NCBI GenBank assembly: GCA_951406725.2
Contig: OX597833.1
Span: 46,376,001 to 46,440,000 of the forward strand
DNA from: Octopus vulgaris
Taxonomy: Eukaryota
Reading direction: 5' to 3'
DNA: 64,000 nucleotides
The notes under the pieces were generated by a model. It worked only from the letters and a program-made list of their open reading frames with translations. It was not told where the DNA came from and did no database searches. Position 1 is the first letter of the stretch. The number at the start of each line of letters is the position of its first letter. A program made the translations under genes and the position numbers. This document shows positions 14,943 to 29,980 of this stretch, in pieces.

Positions 14943-15220
14943 GTATGTGTGTATGTGAGTATGTGTGCGTGTGAGTGTGTATGTGTGTTAGTGAGTGAGT
15001 GTGTGCGTGTGTGAGTTTGTGTGTATGTGAGTTCGTGTGTTAGTGTGTGTGTATATGTGTGCATGTGTGTTTGTGTGTGTGTGATTGTGTGTGTGAAAGA
15101 GAGAGAGAGAAATAGTTTGTGTGTGTATGTGAGTGTGTGTTAATGTGATTTTGTGTATGTTTGTGTGCGAGTGTGTATATGCATGCGCACGTGTTTGTAT
15201 ATATATATATATATATACAT

Positions 15221-15412
15221 GAGTGGATGTGTGGTAAGTAGCTTGCTTACAAACCACAGGGTTCCGGGTTCGGTCCCACTGCGTGGCACCTTGGGCAAGT
15301 GTCTTCTACTATGGCCTCGGGCCGACCAAAGGCTTGTGAGTGGATTTGGTAGACGGAAAATGAAAGAAGCCCGTCGTATATGTATATATATGCGTGTGTG
15401 TGTGCGTGCGTG

Positions 15413-15460
<48 letters not shown>

Positions 15461-15512
15461 TGTGTGCGTATGTTTGTGTGTCTGTGTTTGTCCCTCTCAA
15501 CAACGATTGACA
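15221..15512 (+). mobile_element. SINE family A, 3'-truncated at the mariner MITE
   Basis: Family A head and body motifs. Confidence 0.85.
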
Positions 15513-15516
15513 ATGT

Positions 15517-15763
15517 ATATATTGGTGCATGATTTTTGCTGCTTTTTTCAATAAATTTTATTCAACAAAGACAATAACAACATTTAACAAAAGCATTTTT
15601 AAATGATTATTCCGACCGGCTGCCAAGCAAATGGGAAGCAGTAATTGAAGTAGATGGTGAATATGCTTCGGAATAATTATTAAAAGATGTTTTTGTTACG
15701 TGTTGTTATTTTTTGCTGAATAAAATTTAATGAAAAAAAAAAACCGCAATAATTATGCACCGA

Positions 15764-15768
<5 letters not shown>
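15517..15768 (+). mobile_element. Mariner-derived fold-back MITE built from two copies of the transposon 3' end
   Basis: Imperfect inverted arms of about 95 bp. The right end, read inward, is TA-ttagatcggtgcataattattgcgg (Hsmar1-like TIR). The centre encodes DRLPSKWEAVIEVDGEYASE*, a mariner transposase C-terminus. Confidence 0.75.
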
Positions 15769-15803
<35 letters not shown>

Positions 15804-15807
<4 letters not shown>

Positions 15808-15977
15808 CGTTGGCGATTTTTTTCCTCCGTCTTCCCTTCTCTGGATCTTTCCTTTTCCTATGTTTCTGACGAAGAGCTCCGCTCGAAACGTTAAACCCTC
15901 CTTCCCTTCCTTCCTGAGCGTCCAATAATACTATATTTGTTCCACGTCCTCGCGTTGTCGTGTTTTCTTGTTTGGAT
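15804..15977 (+). mobile_element. Short PLE-like element (family H1)
   Basis: Homologous to 11651-11857. Lies between (TA)n and (TATG)n. Confidence 0.8.
15862..15896 (+). ncRNA. Minimal type I hammerhead ribozyme motif (canonical core)
   Basis: Stem I GUUU/AAAC, core CUGACGA plus A, stem II GAGC-UCC-GCUC, then GAAA. Palindromic ACGU stem III is typical of dimeric PLE HHRs. Predicted cleavage after GUU. Confidence 0.75.
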
Positions 15978-15998
15978 GTATGTATGTATGTATATATG

Positions 15999-16030
<32 letters not shown>

Positions 16031-16929
16031 TGTATGTATGTATGTTTGTATATGCATGAAAGGATGAATGGATGAAAGCATATTTAGCCGATATGATACA
16101 TTTAAAAGGAAAAGTATGTTGTGAAGTAGCTAAGGATAGTGTTCGACAAGATTAATGTTTCTCAGGCGCGTGCACATGTGTATATGTGTGTATGTGAATG
16201 TGTGTCTCTGTGTGTGTGGTGTGAAAGTGTGTGCATGTGTGTGAGCGTGTATAAGCACGCGCACGATCGATGAATGGATAGTTGAAGGTGTGCGTGCATG
16301 CATGCACGTGCTTATGTAAATAAAGAAATGTGCTCCAGTATAGGCGCAGCTTTTGGCTAAAATCAGTAAAAGGTAAAATATACAATGTCAACTTCACTAT
16401 GAAAAGTAAGCCAAGTGATTACATCACAAGCTTCGTGTCTGCAGGGACAGAAAAAGTGGAATGGCTCGCATTAGTTTCTAGTCTACTTAATTCCTCATTA
16501 GAAAACAAAAAGATCCATGTTCTGTCTACGGAACGATTAGCGACTTATAATTATTTATACCGTGTCCACGCCAGGACTCCACTAGACCGGCTAGCTTAAT
16601 TTGCATAACACAAGTGGATTAAATAATTCATTCAGACTGGTTTGGGATAATTTGAAAAGTAAGGTATACGATTTCTAGTCAATATTTCGTTCCTTGATGA
16701 ACGTCTAAGTCGGACATAAGCAACCTTTATCGAGAAGCGAGCAGTATTAGACATGATTCATCATTAGGCGGACCGCACAAGTAAAAGGTTTCTAGTTGGA
16801 AATTTTAAGTTAGGCGTGACTTCCAGAAAATCCTGAGGGCGGTTTGCAAAATTTATGTGTATCTAAAACTATGAAAGGAAGAAAGGCATGACTCACGTTA
16901 AATACTAAGCTGTGAACTACGAATTCATT

Positions 16930-16996
16930 ATTGTTTTTACACATATGCATAAATATAAATATTTGTTTATAGAGACACATATGTATATTTATATAT

Positions 16997-17049
<53 letters not shown>

Positions 17050-17110
17050 CATATACACGAACACATACACACAGACACGTGCACAAACACACGGACACAC
17101 ACAGACACAC

Positions 17111-17184
<74 letters not shown>

Positions 17185-17185
17185 G

Positions 17186-17240
<55 letters not shown>

Positions 17241-17241
17241 G

Positions 17242-17333
<92 letters not shown>

Positions 17334-17527
17334 CGGTGCACAAAGCGTGTTTCTAAGAACAGGTTTGCTCTTTAAAACGAAGTCCAACGTGATGTTATTA
17401 TCCGGAAGTAGACCCGAAGTTAATCAGTCAAGTAGCAAGATACGAAAAAGCGGTTTAGTTTTTACACATATGCATAAATATACATATTTGTTTATAGAGA
17501 CACATATGTATATTTATGTATGTTTAT

Positions 17528-17598
<71 letters not shown>

Positions 17599-17667
17599 CA
17601 CACACACATACATATACACGACTACATACACACACACACGCGTGCACAAACACACGGACACACACAC

Positions 17668-17720
<53 letters not shown>

Positions 17721-17779
17721 TATACACGAACACATACACACACACATGTGCACAAACACATGGACACACACACACACAC

Positions 17780-17866
<87 letters not shown>

Positions 17867-18253
17867 CGGTGCACAAAGCGTGTTTCTAAGAACAGGTTTG
17901 CTCTTTAAAACGAAGTCCAACGTGATGTTATCATTATCCGGAAGTAGAGTCGAAGTTAATCAGTCAAGGAGCAAGATACGAAAAAACGGTTTAGTTTCTT
18001 AAGTCTTCGACTTAGGCATGAATACATTATTCAGTTATGTATCAACGCTGAATATGTATTGTGAAAGCATTTGGAAACATTTAGCCAACAAAAAAAAAAA
18101 TATGTTGTGAAACAGGTAGAAAAGGATAGTGTTCGACAAAATTAATATTTCTCAAGCGTGTGTGTTCCGGATAATGATAACATCACGTTGGACTTCGTTT
18201 TAAAGAGCAAACCTGTTCTTAGAAACTCGCTTCGTGCTCGTCTATCTATCTAT

Positions 18254-18349
<96 letters not shown>

Positions 18350-18359
18350 CCTACCTACC

Positions 18360-18419
<60 letters not shown>

Positions 18420-18540
18420 ACTAACTATCTATCTATCTATCTATCTATCTGTGTGCATGTGCGTCTGTTTGTGCATGTATATGTATGTGTTCGTGTGTAT
18501 GTATGTCTGTGTGTGTGTGTGTGTGTGTGTGTGGAGTTTA
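16930..18540. repeat. Local segmental triplication: two direct copies of about 530 bp plus one inverted partial copy
   Basis: gacggtgcacaaagcgtgtttctaagaacaggtttgctc...ccggaag occurs at about 17332 and 17865, with its reverse complement at 18165-18242. Each copy has the flanking GATA/CA tracts. Confidence 0.85.
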
Positions 18541-18955
18541 ACTGTCTAAAGAAACAGTTATGAGTATAAATACATCTGAGTATAAATATATACCTCCATT
18601 AAGACAAAGAACGACAACTTCGACTCATAATAAACCCACCTATCCAAAAAGGGACACATATGTATTTATGCAAACACGCTGGTTCTCTAAACAGTCCGAT
18701 CACATAAACACACATACAAACACGCACATGTACACACACGCACATGTACACACACACGCATACATATTTATATATATATATATATATGCAGACAAAAATA
18801 TGACCATGTCTACATACATACATATGTGTGTGTCTATGTATATCTAGGTACACACACATATGCGTACATTTATGCGTGTGTACGTACCTGTAGACACATA
18901 TATGTGTGTTTGTGTACACAGTAGAGAGATATAAATGCATTAATATATATATATA

Positions 18956-19263
18956 TCACCGTGATCACCGTGACCGACCAGGCTATCAGATGTTGCTACA
19001 CATCGCTGGTCACAATGCGCTTCGCATTGTTTTAGCCTTCAAATGACCCTATCCCGCTGGCTAAGCGAGCAGGGCAACAGAAGAAAGAGTGAGAGAAAGT
19101 TGTGGCGAAAGAGTACAGCAGAGATCGGCACCACCCCTGCCGGAGGCTCGGGGAGTTTTAGGTGCTTTCGCTCAATAAACACTCACAACGCCCGGTCTGG
19201 GAATCGAAACCGCGATCCTACGACCGCGAGTCCGTTGCCCTAACCACTGGGCCATTGCGCCTC

Positions 19264-19265
<2 letters not shown>
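18956..19265 (-). mobile_element. tRNA-Arg-like SINE family C, full length (possibly related to octopus OR SINEs)
   Basis: Reverse complement reads tggaggcgcaatggcccagtggttagggcaacggactcgcggtcgtaggatcgcggtttcgattccc, with A/B boxes and a TCG anticodon-like loop. Confidence 0.8.
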
Positions 19266-19306
<41 letters not shown>

Positions 19307-19818
19307 GTGTGTGTGTGTATTCCTGAACACACACACACATACATACATACGTACATCTTTGCATGTATGCATGCATATATTCACATATACTTACATATTT
19401 GTAAGTATACATGTACACATACACGCATACATACATACATATGTACGTATATATATTCATACATGCTTACAAACAAACATGCATACAATCATGCATACAT
19501 ACATGCATACATACATACATATATACTTGCACACACACACACATACATACATGCATACATATATGCATGCAAACATACAGGGCAGCATACATAGATACAC
19601 ACACACAAATACATACATGCATACATACATACATGCATACATACATACATACATACATACATACATACTTACATACATACAAACATACATAGAATACTTA
19701 CATACATACATACATACATACATACGCACGTAGATACATACATACATACCTACATACATACATGCATACATACATACATACATACATACATACATACATA
19801 CATACATACATACATACA

Positions 19819-19849
<31 letters not shown>

Positions 19850-20028
19850 GCAAACACACCAAAGCAAGGAATCAGTGTGGGGTCGATGATATATCGAATG
19901 TTTTCCACCCTAAAACATTTCTGAAACATTCCCTCCACCCGAAACTAATTTGCCACCTGGGTGTCACGTGCGGACAGCCACTGCTCACCATCTCAATTGT
20001 TTATTTGCGCTTCTGTGTTTATAAGTGC

Positions 20029-20068
<40 letters not shown>

Positions 20069-20086
20069 ATGTATATATATATATAA

Positions 20087-20151
<65 letters not shown>

Positions 20152-20211
20152 TACACACATAATTACATTATATATATATGTGTGTATGTATACAAACGTA
20201 CATACATATAC

Positions 20212-20281
<70 letters not shown>

Positions 20282-20595
20282 TTATATATATATATATATG
20301 TATATGTATATATATATGCATATATACACACAATACATGTGTGTGTGTGTGTGGTATAAATGGTTACCTTCCTTTTTTTCACGTATCCGTGGAAGGTGTC
20401 ATGTCAGCCAAGGAGAAAAGTATGTCACCGAGCTAGTTCACCTCCATTATGACAAAGAATGACAACTTCGACTCATATAAACCCACCTATCCAAAACCTT
20501 TGTACACACAAACAGAACCACAAATACCTATATCGCTTGCTCACTTCTGTTTTTGTTTTCTGACTGTCAGTCTGAGTTTACATATGTATGTATGC

Positions 20596-20628
<33 letters not shown>

Positions 20629-21250
20629 TGTATGTATGTATGTATGTATGTATGTATGTATGTATGTTTGTATGTATGTATGTATGTGTGTATGTATGTA
20701 TGTATGCATATATGTATGTATGTATGCATGTATGTATGTATGAATATATGTATGTATGTATGCTTGCATGTATGTATGTATGTATGTATGTATGTATGCA
20801 TATATGTATGTATGTAAGTATGTATGTAAGTATGTATGTATGTATGTATTATGTATGTATGTATGTATTATGTATGTATATATGTATGCATATATGTATG
20901 TATGTATGCATGTATGTATGTATGAATATATGTATGTATGCTTGCATGTATGTATGTATGTATGCATATATGTATGTATTATGTATGTATGTATCTATTA
21001 TGTATGTATGTATGTATGCATATATGTATGTATGTAAGTATGTATGTATGTAAGTATGTATGTATGTATGTATTATGTATGTATGTATGTATGTATTATG
21101 TATGTATGTATGTATGCATATATGTATGTATGTATGTATGCATGCATGTATGTATGTATGTATGTATGTATGTATGTATGTATGTATGTATGTATGTATG
21201 TATGAATGTATGTATGTATGTATGTATGCATGTATGTATGTATTATGTAT
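19266..21250. repeat. Long degenerate (CATA)n/(TA)n/(TATG)n microsatellite region
   Basis: Read directly. Confidence 0.9.
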
Positions 21251-21397
21251 ATTTCAAGATTTGTTGCCTGTAGAGAAGGAGCCGGTTCCTAACCTAGATC
21301 CAAGTCTCCTTCGTTGAATTTCAATATTAACAGGGTATTTTTGCATGTATCTATGTATATGTGCAATATTTGTTGTTGATGCATGCGCATAGTTGTA

Positions 21398-21603
21398 TAC
21401 TCTTTTACTTGTTTCAGTCATTTGACTGCGGCCACGCTGGAGCACCGCCTTTAGTCGAGCAAATTGACCCCAGGACTTATTCTTTGGAAGCCTAGTACTT
21501 ACTCTATCGCTCCCATTTGCGAAGACACTTGCCCAAGGTTCCACACAGGGGTTAATGAACCCGGATCCATGTGGTTGGTAAGCAAGATACTTACCACACA
21601 GCC
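21398..21603 (-). mobile_element. SINE family A, internally deleted
   Basis: Tail and head are present and the middle is missing. Confidence 0.8.
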
Positions 21604-21935
21604 ATAGTGTACCTTGTGTACGAAGTGCATCTACCAAACGTAAGATTTTGTTACGAGTGATTTCGGCAAATGTTGAAGTGGCGCCGAAACACTCGCTGAA
21701 CTGCGGTGACAAACTCGTTATGCTTCATGTGACTGTCGTAGGCAAACACGCGATACTCTAGCACCCACAGCGCCATGGCTTCATCTGAGAAGGAAAAAAA
21801 GGCTAAGACCCACAGACCGAATGGCACCTGTCAGACATATGTCCCTGCCATTGTGGCTGAGTAGTAACCATTTCAAAAACGTCTGTCCTCTCTGACCCAC
21901 CCTGTAGTCGCATGTCTATATATGCTTATAGGTAC

Positions 21936-22330
21936 TTAAATGATAAACTTAAAGGAAGTTTTACAAATTCTTACAGTTCTAATGAAGGCTTGGATCTGTT
22001 GTCTTCGAATTAGCTTTCTCCTTTCTAGTTTTTTGAAGCCTAACTTCTCGAGACTGGCATTTAAGCAGTACGTTACTTATCCCAGAATTACAGGCATAAT
22101 GCTGAACTTGTAATCTGCGTAGAGTAACGGTAGATTTCTCAATAGTTCAGCGTAAGCATTTTCTCTTTCACCGATCTCTAGCTTTATGTTAACATCTGCT
22201 GGGCAGCTAATTTCTGCAACTGTACAGTTTCACTTCTCTGTCCCAAATCACTATGTCAGGTCTGTTATGCTTACATCTTATTGAGGTTTTCACTGACACA
22301 TTCCACCATCGCTCCTTCTTATCATGTGTA
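21936..22330 (-). pseudogene. R4/Dong-type non-LTR retrotransposon C-terminal RLE endonuclease fragment
   Basis: Minus-strand translation with frameshifts: KKERWWNVSVKTSIRCKHNRPDIVIWDRE..CTVAEISCPADVNI...TVRICKTSFKFII*. RPD and E-x-x-x-P are motifs of restriction-like endonucleases. Confidence 0.8.
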
Positions 22331-22395
22331 TATATGCATGCATGTATGTATGTATGTATGTATGTATGTATGTATGTATGTATGTATGTATGTAT

Positions 22396-22611
22396 GTCTC
22401 TTCTATTTTTTAATTATTATAAATCTTCCACTGAGGAGGGAACCGGTTTCCAACAAAGATAAAAGGCTCCATCTTTGGGATGTAGTTAACACAGACAAAT
22501 TCACATTTGAAATTTGAGAAAAGTTTTGCTTATTTTTACTGTTCCACTCTCAGAATGCACTTGTAATGTACGAATTGTCTTTCTGAAAATCCCATTTTAT
22601 CTAGATTCTCC
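22396..22611 (-). mobile_element. Second R4/Dong-type 3' end (C-terminus plus 3' UTR) ending in (CATA)n
   Basis: ENLDKMGFSE..RTLQVHSESGTVKISKTFLKFQM* is homologous to the adjacent fragment. Flanked on both sides by (TATG)n. Confidence 0.7.
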
Positions 22612-22831
22612 TATGTATGTATGCATGTATGTATGTATGTATGTATGTATGTATGTATGTATGTATGTATGTATTATGTGTGTATATATGTCATAGATAG
22701 ATAGATAGATTGATAGATAGATAGATAGATAGATAACAGATAGATAGATAGATGAATAGATATATATACAAACTTATATACAGATATATGTAATTATTAA
22801 CATATATAATATCCATATATATATCCCTATA

Positions 22832-22902
<71 letters not shown>

Positions 22903-23724
22903 GTATGTATATATATATATTTATACACACACACACACACATATAAATATATATATATATATATGTATGTATGTATGTATATATATATATATATATATAC
23001 ACATAAAAATATACATGTGTGTTTCTGCGTGAAGCACAGTTATGCACCCAGAAATTCCAAATACCAGAGCAATGTTAAAAATGAAACCCGAAAACAAAAA
23101 CCAGAGCAATAAAACAAAACCAAAACCTTGCAAGACAATGAGAACGGCACCGTCCCCGTCACCACACCCACCTTCAACAACAACAACACAACGCCACCAC
23201 CACCACCACCACCAACAACAACAACAATAACAACAATAATACTAATAATAATAATAATTATAACAATAATTAAGAACTATCCGATAGTCTTTCAGAATAA
23301 CAATAATAATAACAATAGTAGTAATAATAAACGGCAGAATTTCCTAGTGTTATTTATAGCTGCTGTTTTGCCAAATATAGACCTGTTTTCGTTGTTTGTG
23401 TACATTCTTTACCTTGATCTGCTTTCATTTCTGTTTTATTTGTTTCATTATCTTTAACACTAATCACACCCTCTTTGCACTCATTAACTGCTTCTGTTCC
23501 CAAAACTCTCAATTATATTTATCTATATACAATATATGTTCACAGACGTCGTACATTGAATAGAGACGCACGCGGTGACGCTCATGCACACGCGCACAGA
23601 AACATCTATTACTGTATCTGTGTGTGTGTGTGTATGTGTGTATACGTGCGCTCGTGCGAGTCTGCGTGTGCTTATGTATGCATGTATATACACATACACA
23701 CACACATACACACACACACATATT

Positions 23725-23801
<77 letters not shown>

Positions 23802-23870
23802 TGATAGATAGATAAAGTTACCTATGTTTCGACCAAAGAATGGCTCAGGCCATGTCTAACTTAATAGCAC

Positions 23871-23952
<82 letters not shown>

Positions 23953-24083
23953 TGTATGTATGTATATATACGTAGTATATATTTAATACATACATATATG
24001 TAAATATATATATATTTTAAGAAAATATTCATTTTAAGAAAATGAATACAAACTTATATGAGAGGCAAACATACGCGTGCGCA

Positions 24084-24141
<58 letters not shown>

Positions 24142-24739
24142 TTAATAATACCAGGGTAATAAAAATTTTTAGAAATTCTTACTACCAGTGGCCTAGCGCG
24201 AAAAGAATTTGTCAATAGACTATATATTATTCAAATAAATACAGTGTATATTTAAACACGTAAGAGGTATCAGTCATAGGATTCCTTGTACGCTTGAAGG
24301 AACGTCATTATTTTATTTGCTGCCGAAAAAAATCTTCGCTTGCGCGGTGGATTTGAAAAATTATAATGTATAAGCACGGGGCACATCCTGGAGTGCCTCG
24401 TATTTATATGTTTAATCTAGGCGTACCTGCTGATGAAGGCTTCGCCAAGCATCACTTGAAAAAAAAAACCTATCACAAAAATGGCTGGCCGTAGCATTCA
24501 CATTTGTGGTACTCTTGATCTGGCGATGGCAATACCCGAACACGTTTTTGCAGCTAATTTGAGGAATTTCACTCTTTAAAATTTAGCTATTTATTTTAGA
24601 ATGTATTTTATTTAATACACTATTTTGAATCACAGATTTCTGTCTGTTGGTTTTTGCAAATTGCTTTGCTTTCACTGCTTATTCGTGTTTAGTTTCAAAT
24701 TTTAATGTCAAATTAAAATTACATGGCAACGCATAACGG

Positions 24740-25245
24740 GGCGATTTTGTGATGAGTTCTAAATGGGATGCAAAAAAACGAACATTGATCGCAATATTTG
24801 CTGAGCGTTTAGCTAGGAAAACTTAACTACTTCCAAAAATTTCGTAATGGAAGCGAGGTCTGGGGAGACGTGAAAGGCTGGCCGTCTACGAGTATCAACG
24901 ACCACTTATGGATCATTATTGAAGCGGGTCCACACAAAACAACGCGGAAATTTACAGGAGAATAACGCATTGATTATTCAACGTATGCTTGACATCTGTA
25001 TGATACTGAAAGCCCTATAATCCCGACGAATGGGTACCGCACAGGCTATACGAAATTAAAACTAAACTGCTGTCACGGTGTTTTCTCTACGTTCATTTTC
25101 ATTCCACAAATACGACAGATTTCCTGATCGCATTGTGACATGACAGGAATGTATTTTATTCGACAAACATCAGCGTTCTTCAGGTAAGCTTGCCAGAGAT
25201 GAACAAATATTAACGTAGTACTAAATGAATGTTATGGTTACTGGT
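24740..25245 (+). pseudogene. Decayed mariner transposase fragment
   Basis: Fragmented translation FQKFRNG...IIEAGPHKTTRK...DEWVPHRL...FPDRIVT contains the WVPH and DRIVT mariner motifs, with stops and frameshifts. Confidence 0.75.
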
Positions 25246-25292
25246 ATTCTACCAGTACACCCAAACACAAATATTTCTTGAAATCTGTGTAA

Positions 25293-25700
25293 GGCGGCGT
25301 GCTGGCAGAATCGTTAGCACGCCGGGCTAAATGCTTAGCTATATTTCGTCTGCCGCTACGTTCTGAGTTCAAATTCCACCGAGGTCGACTTTACCTTTCA
25401 TCCATTCGGGGTCGATTAAATAAGTACCAGTTACGCACTGGTGTCGATATAATCGACTTAATCCGTTTGTCTGTTCTTGTTTGTCCCCTCTGTGTTTAGC
25501 CCCTTGTGGGTAGTAAAGAAATAGGTATTTCGTCTACCGCTACGTTCTGAGTTTAAATTCCGCCGCGGTCGACCTTGCCTTTCATCCTTTCGGGGTCGAT
25601 TAAATAAATACCAGTTACGCACTGGGGTCGATGTAATCGACTTAATCCGTTTGTCTGTTCTTGTTTGTTCCCTCTATGTTTAACCTCCTGTGGGCAATAA
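25293..25700 (+). mobile_element. SINE family B dimer
   Basis: Head plus two body units joined at aaataggtatttcgtct. Confidence 0.9.
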
Positions 25701-25744
25701 AGAGCTTAATGTATATGTATGTATCTATGTGTGTGTAAGTGTTT

Positions 25745-25942
25745 GTGTGTCTGTGTTTGTCCCCCCTACATCGCTTGACAACCGATGCTGGTGTGTTTAC
25801 GTCCCCATAACTTAGCGCTTCGGCAAAAGAGACCGATAGAATAAGTACTAGGCTTACAAAGAATAATCTCTGGTGTCGGGTTCCTCGACTAAAGGTGGTG
25901 CCCCAGTATGGCCGCAGTCAAATGACTGAAACAAGTAAAAGA
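25745..25942 (+). mobile_element. SINE family A 3' half
   Basis: gtttgtcccccc...gccgcagtcaaatgactgaaacaagtaaaag. Confidence 0.85.
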
Positions 25943-25983
25943 AAGAAAGAAAGAAACAAACAAAGAGAGAAAGAAAGAAAGAG

Positions 25984-26014
<31 letters not shown>

Positions 26015-26191
26015 AATATATCTGTGTGTCTGTACGTGTGTTTGCTTTGTATGAGTCTTCATATGTTTATGAGTGGGTATATATAAGCGTGTGTTGGTGT
26101 GCGTCTGCCTCTCTCTGTATGCATATGTATTACTGTTTATCTGTCTCGCTGCGTATGTGTGCGTTAGTTTACGTCTATCTGTGTGTGTGTA

Positions 26192-26223
<32 letters not shown>

Positions 26224-26287
26224 TGTGTGTGTGAGTGTGTGTGTATGTGTCTCTTCATATGTGTCTGCGCGTGTTTTTTTTTGTGTA

Positions 26288-26930
<643 letters not shown>

Positions 26931-29211
26931 TCTGCGTATGTATATGCATGATGTGACTTCGTGTATACTTTCTTTTCCCTCGTTTATTGTGTGTATGTGT
27001 GTGTGTGTGTATATAAGCGCGTGTGGGTATATACGTGTATGAACGAGTGTGTACTTTTCTAAGTTTACGGTGTCTGTATGTATATGCGTTGTTAAGTGTA
27101 TAAGTGTATGTGTGTATATATATCTGCATGTCTGTGTATATACGATTGTGTATGAGTGTGTAAATACGGGTTTGTGTTCCCTTTTTCTCTAGTTTCTTGT
27201 CTTCCTTTTTTTTAGCAGTGATGTGACACAAACGGTAAAGGGTTGGGATAAGGATACCCGTAGGGGTATTTAGTTACGTCATCATTACCCACCAAGTAGA
27301 AACGGGGTAGACATCATTCATCATCCTCCGTGGTGGTGGTGGTGGTGGTGGTGGTGGGTGTTGTGATGATGGTGGTCGTCAACGTCTTTGTAGTGGGTGG
27401 ATGGTGATGGTAGTGATAGGTGCTGGTGGTGGTGGGTGGCAGCGGTGATGGTGGTGATGGTGGTGGTGGTGGGTGGTGGTCGGAGGTGATATTGATGAGT
27501 GATGGTGGTATTGGTGGGTGATGGTGGTATAGGTGGGTGATGGTGGTATTGGTGTGTAGTGGTGGCGGTGGCGGTGGTGGTGGTGAATATGTAGGAATCA
27601 ATGGAAAAATAAGTACCATTTTTCGTTGCTATTGTTGTTTAGGCACCGAGTGAGACTTGATTACGTAGACCTATGATTAAACACATTCCAGTCGTGACGA
27701 GCCCATTTTTTCCCCTTTGTGCAGGCATCCCAGGATCGCTCTATCCAACGTGTCTCCATTGGGTTTTTTTTTGTTTTGTTTTGTTTTTTAAGATACCACT
27801 GTATGATTTGAGAAAGACTTGACTGCTATTTCTGTCTGGCTGTTTGACTACGAAGAGATTCCTTTGTTATCTCCATCTCAGAATCATTATGAAATGTAGC
27901 TACTTTGTTATTTTTAGGACGGCATGAAGTGATCTAAGAGACATTTGGTTGCTATTTTATAGTAAAATGGACATAAAAGCTTTGCAATAGCCAAACATAC
28001 AATTTAAAAGGAACATCATTATGACTTTCCTGTCAACAATAACACTGAGGATCGATTTAGCGAATTTCTTAGCAATAACAACTGTTTTCACGAAATAATT
28101 AATATCTTTACTGAGTGAGGATTTTGTAAATGGAAACAAGTTTTGTGGACACCGTTTTCAATAATAAAGTTGTGGGCATTGTCGAAGTTCATTCCGGAAA
28201 CAAAATTGAGGCAGTGGTGTAACACAAAATACTGTAGCTCCTTTCTTGAGGAATCTGTCTCCAAGAGCGAGTTAGGAGAAGAATCGGTCTCCAAGAGCGA
28301 GTTAGGAGAAGAGTAACCTGCTTCTGTCTGTATACCCTTAAAAGAACAGAGGATGCACCCTTAAAAGACTTAATGAAAGAAGCCTTGGCCAATGTGTAGA
28401 CCAGAGTGCTGGTAACAAACCGCAGTAAGAAATACAGTTGTGCTTACCTGGTTTTCAAGACCGATGACTGATGAGACAAGATATCCGACAAAGAGAGTGA
28501 GATTAACACGTATTCATAAGATTCTACTGCAGTATATGAGCCAACACAATGTAATGGCGGCAGGCAAAGACATAGGTAGGGATATTGAACCTTGTCTTCT
28601 GGTCACATTTGTAGCGCATTATGAACAGATGGTAAGTGTAAATATTCATATGTTACCGGGACGAATAAGCATGGATTTACATACAAGTCCTTACTGTTCT
28701 CGAAAACAACAGGGTTATTTAGGCGCTGTGCTTTGTCGTAGGTGCAGAAAAAGAAAGAAATGAGATTAACCGAACAAAGCAAAAAAGCGTGGCTGTTACA
28801 CTTGAGGAAACAAGAGTCATTTCGGGGGATTTCCGTCCTGAAGAGTTAGAAAGATAGAACAAGAAGAGGTGATTGTGGACAACTGTAACAAAAACAAATA
28901 GTTTGAAGTGTTTAGCATGGATATGAACTATCTGTGGAGAGTTCCGTTTAAAGGGTATCGAAGGGACGGAATGCTGCACAATCCAGTTGCCTTCGCGATG
29001 GAATTATGCTAACATTTAAAGAAGGTTTATAGATGATTCTTTTATTGAATGTGAGCAGGGTAAAACTGGAATCAAAACGGTGGCTTTACCTACGTAAGTT
29101 CTTTATGCAAAGCTGTGCAGCACTCGGCTAAGATACAAAGATTCTGCAAGTAGAAATTTATGCGAACGTGTGAGTGGTGTGTGTGTGTGTGTGTGTGTGT
29201 GCAGGTGAGCG

Positions 29212-29750
<539 letters not shown>

Positions 29751-29908
29751 AATAATATATATATATATATATATATGATTAGGGTTTTAGTTTCATTCGT
29801 ATTCCCTAAATCCGCCATTCCTAAAATTCCTAAAATCCATTTTCTTAGAGGTTTTATTAATAACTCTATTTTATAAAATAATAGGTTTAGCAGAATGATT
29901 TATACACG

Positions 29909-29980
<72 letters not shown>

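Noticed and set aside
16330-16599. 89 aa non-repetitive ORF
   Set aside because: No recognisable motif, a GTG start and no convincing splice context.
19190-19265. tRNA-Arg-like sequence (also at 43661, 43984, 51659)
   Set aside because: These are SINE heads: no proper acceptor stem, and each continues into a shared SINE body.
23815-23850. Minus-strand CTGA-GCCA-TTCTT-TGGTC-GAAAC-ATAG-GTA half hammerhead
   Set aside because: The core box is incomplete and stem I does not pair.
24429-24450. CTGATGA-A-GGC-TTC-GCC
   Set aside because: Not followed by GAAA. At most a truncated HHR 5' half.
27960-29150. Non-repetitive region with a 107 aa ORF, a strong GTAAGT donor-like site (about 28632), a CTGATGA and a weak LKCLAWI similarity to LINE RT
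   Set aside because: No coherent reading frame, acceptor or ribozyme fold. Probably an ancient TE relic, too decayed to call.
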